Assembly: GCA_964457525.1 (NCBI GenBank)
Contig: CAYWGS010000004.1
Coordinates: 1-29,729 of the forward strand
DNA length: 29,729 nucleotides
From: an uncultured Erysipelotrichaceae bacterium
GTDB taxonomy: Bacteria > Bacillota_I > Bacilli_A > Erysipelotrichales > Erysipelotrichaceae
Reading direction: 5' to 3'
The notes below the pieces were generated by a model. It made no database searches, was not told the origin of the DNA, and was given only the letters and a program-made list of their open reading frames with translations. The first letter of the stretch is position 1; each line of letters opens with the position of its first letter. The position numbers were made by a program, and so were the translations under genes. Shown in pieces: positions 24,745-29,729 of the stretch.

Positions 24745-27276
24745 ATGAAAAAAATGTTACTTGTAGATGGTAATTCGCTTTTCTTTAGAGCGTATTATGC
24801 CACAGCTTATACACGTATGACTACGACATCCTTTGGTGTACCAACCAATGCGGTTTTTGGTTTTGCGACCATGTTAAATAAAGCCTTAGAACTCGTTGAG
24901 CCACAAGCGCTTGTCATTGCGTTTGATAGTGGTAAGAAAACGTTTAGACACGATCAATTTGAAGATTATAAAGGAACACGGAAAGAATTACCGACTGAAC
25001 TTGTGCAACAATTCCCCATTGTAAGAGAATATTGTGAAGCACAAGGCTATTGTTTCTATCAACACGATGGACTTGAAGCAGATGATATTATTGGTTCACT
25101 TGTTAAACGTTATCCTGATTGGGATATTAATGTTTTAAGCAGTGATAAAGATTTACTACAACTTATTGATAAAACCACTTCAGTATGGTTAATGAAAAAA
25201 GGTTTAACTGAAATTGAAAAAATGGATGAAGCTGCCCTTAAAGAAATGTGGGGATTAAGACCGGATCAAATACCTGACTTAAAAGGTTTAATGGGCGATA
25301 CCTCAGATAATATTCCAGGATTACCAGGTGTGGGTGAAAAGACTGCACTTAAACTTCTTGAAGAGTATGGAAGTGTTGAAGGCGTCTTAGAAAATGTTGA
25401 TAAACTAAAGGGTAAACTTAAACAAACTGTTGAAACGTATCATGAAAAAGCAACATTCTCTAAATGGCTCGCAACGATTAAGACAGATGCGGAGTTTGAT
25501 TTAGATTTTAATAGTGCACTTTATCAACCTAATATAAAGACTGCGAATGCGTTTTTTATAAAGTATGAAATGAAATCACTCATCCGTGAGTTGAATTCGA
25601 ATAATAATCATTCATCTGAAAATATCGAATTTAATCAATTAGATAAACAAGGCATGATAAGTGTTTTTCCACATTACAGATTAGATACAGACTGGCCTCA
25701 TCCAATTTTAGGTCTAGCCTTTTCAGATGGTAAGAATACAACATACTTAAGTTATGAGGAACTGATATACCATAAGTCCGCATTAGATTTATGTACAAAT
25801 AATAATCAACTCATTAGTTACGATGTTAAGAGTTTACTCCATGCACAGACGGATGAATTTAAAGTCAATCCGATAATTTGGGATATGATGATTCTTGCGT
25901 TTGATTTAGATAGTAATTTAAATACCTATCAGAAGATTGCGGAAGTCTATCAATGGCCATCTTATCCTGTTGCGAAAATCGATGAAGAGAATACGGGTTT
26001 AGCACGTCAAATAGCACTGAAGATGCATGAGACATTCTTCAAGATTAAAGAGTCACTGGAGAAGGAAAATCTATTGGATGTATATACTCAAATCGATTAT
26101 CCACTCGTTCAAGTACTCTATGAAATGGAGAAAGATGGTATTCGAGTTAATGGGGCGATTCTTGATGAAATAGCACAATCAAGTTTGAATAAGTTAAATC
26201 AACTCTCTAAAGAAATTTATCATCATGCAGGTAAAGAGTTTAATATTAACTCACCTAAGCAATTGGGAGAAATTCTATTTAATCAATTAAGTTTAAGTGC
26301 GAATCGAAAATTATCGACATCGATTGAAGTGTTGGAAAGCTTAAGAAATGATCATCCTATTATTGAACCTCTAATTGAATATCGTAAGTATCAGAAAATT
26401 TATTCAACCTATGCAGTTGGATTGAAGAAGTTTATCCTTAGTGATCAAAAGATTCATACCGTATATAACATGACAACTGCTCAAACAGGTCGTTTATCAT
26501 CGGTTGATCCAAATCTACAAAATATATCGATTCGTGATGAAGAAGCACGTGAGATACGCAAAGCATTCTTGCCTACAGAGGGGAATGTATTATTCGCCTG
26601 TGACTACTCACAAATTGAGTTACGTGTTTTAGCGCATATGGCGAATGAGACATCATTGATTGATGCTTTTGTACATGGCATCGATATTCATACTAAAACC
26701 GCAATGGATGTCTTTGGTCTAAAAGAAGAAGAAATCAATTCCAATGTAAGACGACAAGCTAAAGCAGTTAACTTTGGAATTATCTATGGTATTTCAGATT
26801 TTGGACTTGCGGCTCAAATTAATACAGATCGAGCAACCGCTAAAGCCTTTATCGATCGTTATTTAAAGACGTATAGTGGAATCAAAGGATATATGGATTC
26901 AACGATCCAACAATGCCAAGAAATGGGCTATGTTGAAACGTTATTTAAACGTAGACGTTGGATTCCTGAAATCAAAGCAAGTCAATACCAAGTTCGTGAG
27001 TTTGGTAAACGTGCTGCGATGAATGCGCCTATCCAAGGAACAGCTGCAGATATTATAAAAATTGCGATGATCAAGATTCACGAGAAACTAAAACATTCCA
27101 ACTTTAAAACACGTATGCTTATACAAGTTCACGATGAACTTGTATTTGATGTCCCTAAGAACGAATTAGAACAAATTCGACAACTTATCGAAGAAACCAT
27201 GATTCATGCGGTAGAACTACGTGTCCCTATGAATGTTTCCAGTAGTCATGGTGATAATTGGTACGAGGCAAAATAA
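24745..27276 (+). CDS. polA: DNA polymerase I (5'-3' exonuclease, vestigial 3'-5' exonuclease and family A polymerase domains)
   Basis: 5' nuclease motifs (LLVDGNSLFFRAYYA, EADDIIGS, GDTSDNIPGLPGVGEKTA). Pol motif A is DYSQIELRVLAH, motif B is RRQAKAVNFGIIYG, and motif C is QVHDELVF. Confidence 0.95.
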   Translation: MKKMLLVDGNSLFFRAYYATAYTRMTTTSFGVPTNAVFGFATMLNKALELVEPQALVIAFDSGKKTFRHDQFEDYKGTRKELPTELVQQFPIVREYCEAQGYCFYQHDGLEADDIIGSLVKRYPDWDINVLSSDKDLLQLIDKTTSVWLMKKGLTEIEKMDEAALKEMWGLRPDQIPDLKGLMGDTSDNIPGLPGVGEKTALKLLEEYGSVEGVLENVDKLKGKLKQTVETYHEKATFSKWLATIKTDAEFDLDFNSALYQPNIKTANAFFIKYEMKSLIRELNSNNNHSSENIEFNQLDKQGMISVFPHYRLDTDWPHPILGLAFSDGKNTTYLSYEELIYHKSALDLCTNNNQLISYDVKSLLHAQTDEFKVNPIIWDMMILAFDLDSNLNTYQKIAEVYQWPSYPVAKIDEENTGLARQIALKMHETFFKIKESLEKENLLDVYTQIDYPLVQVLYEMEKDGIRVNGAILDEIAQSSLNKLNQLSKEIYHHAGKEFNINSPKQLGEILFNQLSLSANRKLSTSIEVLESLRNDHPIIEPLIEYRKYQKIYSTYAVGLKKFILSDQKIHTVYNMTTAQTGRLSSVDPNLQNISIRDEEAREIRKAFLPTEGNVLFACDYSQIELRVLAHMANETSLIDAFVHGIDIHTKTAMDVFGLKEEEINSNVRRQAKAVNFGIIYGISDFGLAAQINTDRATAKAFIDRYLKTYSGIKGYMDSTIQQCQEMGYVETLFKRRRWIPEIKASQYQVREFGKRAAMNAPIQGTAADIIKIAMIKIHEKLKHSNFKTRMLIQVHDELVFDVPKNELEQIRQLIEETMIHAVELRVPMNVSSSHGDNWYEAK

Positions 27277-28082
27277 TGCCAGAGCTTCCAGAAGTCGAAA
27301 CAGTGGTTCGTATCCTTGAATCACAAATTATCAATCAAACCATTCGAGATATCTCGGTGTTTTGGCCTAAGACCATCGAGAACAGAGATTTCTTTACACA
27401 AGAAGTGAAAAATCAACGTATTGTATCACTCTCAAGACGCGGAAAGTACATTAATATCCATCTTGAAAGAGGAACAATCCTTGTTCACCTTAGGATGGAG
27501 GGGAAGTTCTTTATCAAAGATCAATCGTCAGAACCATTCAAACATACACATGTAATTCTACATTTAGATTCTTTCAACTTAGAATTTAATGACACACGTA
27601 AATTTGGTAGAATGGTATACACAGAAGATCCGATTGAGTACTTAAATACGAAACTTGGTTTAGAACCATTTGATCAAGATTTAAATGTAAAGTACTTAAA
27701 AAACAAAGCTAAAAACAGACAGATAGCCCTTAAAACATTCTTACTCGATCAATCGGTTATTGCAGGAATTGGTAATATCTACTCCGATGAAATCTGTTTT
27801 CAAATGAAACGAAACCCTAACGTTTCTATCTCAAAATTAAGCAAAAAAGACTGGGAGAACTGTATTCAAGCAACTCAAGAAATTCTACAAGCAGCGATAC
27901 AAGCAGGGGGATCCAGTGTTCGATCTTACACCTCTTCACTAGGTGTTACGGGTTTATTTCAACTCAATATTCATGTTTATGGTAGAACTGGTAAACCTTG
28001 CCATAACTGTGGAACACCCCTTGTTAGAAGAGTTATAAATCAACGCTCAAGCGTATATTGTCCATCGTGTCAAAAGAGGTAA
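27276..28082 (+). CDS. mutM: Formamidopyrimidine-DNA glycosylase (Fpg/MutM)
   Basis: The N-terminal catalytic sequence MPELPEVETV, the H2TH region GIGNIYSDEICF, and the C-terminal zinc finger CHNCGTPL...YCPSCQ are present. ATG 27276 overlaps the polA stop (TAATG); the longer track ORF start at 27258 is rejected. Confidence 0.93.
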   Translation: MPELPEVETVVRILESQIINQTIRDISVFWPKTIENRDFFTQEVKNQRIVSLSRRGKYINIHLERGTILVHLRMEGKFFIKDQSSEPFKHTHVILHLDSFNLEFNDTRKFGRMVYTEDPIEYLNTKLGLEPFDQDLNVKYLKNKAKNRQIALKTFLLDQSVIAGIGNIYSDEICFQMKRNPNVSISKLSKKDWENCIQATQEILQAAIQAGGSSVRSYTSSLGVTGLFQLNIHVYGRTGKPCHNCGTPLVRRVINQRSSVYCPSCQKR

Positions 28083-28084
28083 CT

Positions 28085-28660
28085 ATGAGGATTGCTATTA
28101 CAGGATCAATGGGATCAGGAAAATCGACTGTCGCTCGACTCATTCGTGAGATGGGCTATATTGTTAAGGATTCTGATCGTATCGCAAATGAACACCTAGA
28201 GAGTGATTGTGTTAAATCAGATCTCATTAAACATTATGGTGAACGTATTTTAACCTCTGATAATACCATTGATAAAGCTTATCTAGCATCTCGTATCTTT
28301 CATCATCCAGATGAAAAGAAACATCTTGAAGATTTACTCTACCCCTATGTGTATGCAGTATTAACTGCTCGATCAGACAATAAGCTTGAATTCAGTGAAG
28401 TCCCACTCTTATTTGAAAGTAATGGAGAACATTACTTCGATGAAGTATGGGTAGTGATTAGTGAAGAAGCTAAAATGATTGAACGATTGAAAAAAGATCG
28501 ACATTATACGGATGAAATGATTCATGAACGATTAATTCATCAAATGTCACAACACGATAAAGCGCTCCTAGCAGATGTAATTATCGATAATAATGAAGAT
28601 ATCGAGCATCTTAAAGAACAGATTAATAAACAATTAGATCGGATTTTAAAAAACCTATGA
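28085..28660 (+). CDS. coaE: Dephospho-CoA kinase
   Basis: MRIAITGSMGSGKSTV P-loop at the extreme N-terminus and VPLLFES; ~191 aa. It sits in the conserved polA-mutM-coaE position. AGAGG SD precedes ATG 28085. Confidence 0.88.
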   Translation: MRIAITGSMGSGKSTVARLIREMGYIVKDSDRIANEHLESDCVKSDLIKHYGERILTSDNTIDKAYLASRIFHHPDEKKHLEDLLYPYVYAVLTARSDNKLEFSEVPLLFESNGEHYFDEVWVVISEEAKMIERLKKDRHYTDEMIHERLIHQMSQHDKALLADVIIDNNEDIEHLKEQINKQLDRILKNL

Positions 28661-29729
28661 ACTTGAAAGCTCAAGATACATACATCGTAGAAAATACACA
28701 AGATTTCATTGATTTCAAATCAGTTTTCAAAGTGTATCAAAGATTAATTGGTCCAAGTGCTGTGACTCTTTTTGGCTATCTCTTTTATCAAGATAAGCAT
28801 AAAAATGCTTTAACTCATCAAGAACTTTGCGATAGCTTAAGCTGTACACTAGCCAAACTTGATCAAGATTTAGAACTTCTAGAACAATTCAATCTTATTG
28901 AAATTTACGTCAAATATGGAATTAAGAATGAATACATCTATCGTGTTTTAGCACCATTAAGTATATTGGATTTCCTAAAGAATGATGTGTTTGGACGACT
29001 CTATCTCAAACAAGTAGGAGCGAGTCAGTACGAGTATCAACTCGAAGAGGCAAGCATTTCCAACATCGATCGTAGAGAATATGAACCCATCAAACATTCC
29101 TTTGATAAGTCATTCATGCAAACATGGAGTGCGGTTGAAGAGAATAGTTTTAGTGGTCAAAGTGAACCTATAAAAACCAGAACAGACTTAAGTTTTGATA
29201 TTCGTTCATTCTTAAGTGAATGCAGTTTATTACTTTTTCCTAAACGTTATCGTACAGAGAGTGCAATTGAATCCATCAAAGAGATTGGTAGTATCTATGG
29301 GTTAAGTGTATCTCGTATGATTGAGTTAGTTGGTAAGTGTTACGTAGAAGCAGAAACGAGTTTAAATGTTAAACGTTTAAGAAAATTAGCATCTAATGAG
29401 ACAGTTCAAGAATATCCAAATGTTGAATCAATTTATGATTATCCTCCAGTGTTATTCTTAAAGAAACTCAGAAATGAGATTGAACCAACAGCACTTGAAA
29501 AATACCTGCTTAATCAATTAGTTGGAACCATGGGACTAAGTCCAAATGTAGTAAATGTATTGGTTGAATCCAGTTACAAATCCAATAATCAAGTGTTAAA
29601 TACACGTCATATCGAAATGATTGGTATGCAATGGGCAACCCTTAATATCAAAACAGTCGATCAAGCGAAAAAACAAGTTTCAAGTAGCTTCAAGTCTAAA
29701 TCCTCTCCATCAAAGAGAAGAGTGGAACA
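28657..29729 (+). CDS. dnaB: Replication initiation/membrane attachment protein of the Bacillus DnaB/DnaD-domain family (not the replicative helicase); 3' end truncated by the window edge
   Basis: Not in the ORF track because no stop is reached. I translated every codon from ATG 28657 (ATGA overlap with the coaE stop) to the window end and found no in-frame stop. The product starts MNLKAQDTYIVENTQDFIDFKSVFKVYQRLIGPSAVTLFGYLF..., which resembles B. subtilis DnaB (YQPLIGPVAFSLY). A later DnaD-like repeat reads LSPNVVNVLVESSYKSNNQVLNTRHIEMIGMQWA. Confidence 0.7.
   Translation, partial: MNLKAQDTYIVENTQDFIDFKSVFKVYQRLIGPSAVTLFGYLFYQDKHKNALTHQELCDSLSCTLAKLDQDLELLEQFNLIEIYVKYGIKNEYIYRVLAPLSILDFLKNDVFGRLYLKQVGASQYEYQLEEASISNIDRREYEPIKHSFDKSFMQTWSAVEENSFSGQSEPIKTRTDLSFDIRSFLSECSLLLFPKRYRTESAIESIKEIGSIYGLSVSRMIELVGKCYVEAETSLNVKRLRKLASNETVQEYPNVESIYDYPPVLFLKKLRNEIEPTALEKYLLNQLVGTMGLSPNVVNVLVESSYKSNNQVLNTRHIEMIGMQWATLNIKTVDQAKKQVSSSFKSKSSPSKRRVE

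Noticed and set aside
25600-26000. PolA 3'-5' exonuclease region lacks the DxE Exo I motif (reads RLDTDWP)
   Set aside because: A vestigial proofreading domain is the normal state for Firmicute (Bst-like) Pol I enzymes, so this is not a novelty.
1-29729. Searched for mobile elements, CRISPR arrays, defence-system hallmarks, tRNA/rRNA genes and long direct or inverted repeats
   Set aside because: By eye I found no transposase, integrase, recombinase or Cas-like ORFs, no spaced repeat arrays and no tRNA-like sequence. The only repeats are the short regulatory palindromes reported above. A computational repeat and tRNA scan would be needed to be certain.

Overview
This is an AT-rich (roughly one-third GC by eye, not computed), densely packed 29.7-kb chromosomal segment. 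Gene content and order point to a low-GC anaerobic Firmicute of Erysipelotrichia/Clostridia type using the standard bacterial code. I see no rRNA, tRNA, CRISPR array, transposase, integrase or phage gene, so it reads as core-like rather than an accessory island. From left to right the window holds: a membrane GGDEF diguanylate cyclase with a convergent small GNAT; mgtC coupled to a YihX-like HAD; a znuA-znuC-znuB-zur zinc uptake operon behind a 7-1-7 palindrome; a convergent TPR-GAF-GGDEF cyclase; and a four-gene NADH-linked (HydABC-type) [FeFe]-hydrogenase operon behind two identical Rex-type operators. It continues with an FMN riboswitch driving an atypical, truncated rib operon (reductase-only RibD, RibBA, alpha/beta hydrolase); gpx; a monocistronic 566-aa divergent PEPCK/HprK-fold protein; two Cof-type HAD phosphatases; and a GPH sugar symporter. 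The right end holds two untracked small ORFs; radC-mreC-mreD; an orphan TroA-fold lipoprotein lacking the metal-ligand histidines; and polA-mutM-coaE plus the 5' part of a Bacillus-type dnaB/dnaD-family gene. I found no clear-cut new multi-gene system such as a defence island. The strongest leads are the FMN-regulated partial rib locus with a degenerate DHBP-synthase domain, the divergent PEPCK-like kinase, the non-canonical H-cluster motif in HydA, the ligand-less TroA-like lipoprotein, and a strongly signalled 41-aa membrane peptide. All family calls come from motif recognition by eye. No database search was run.
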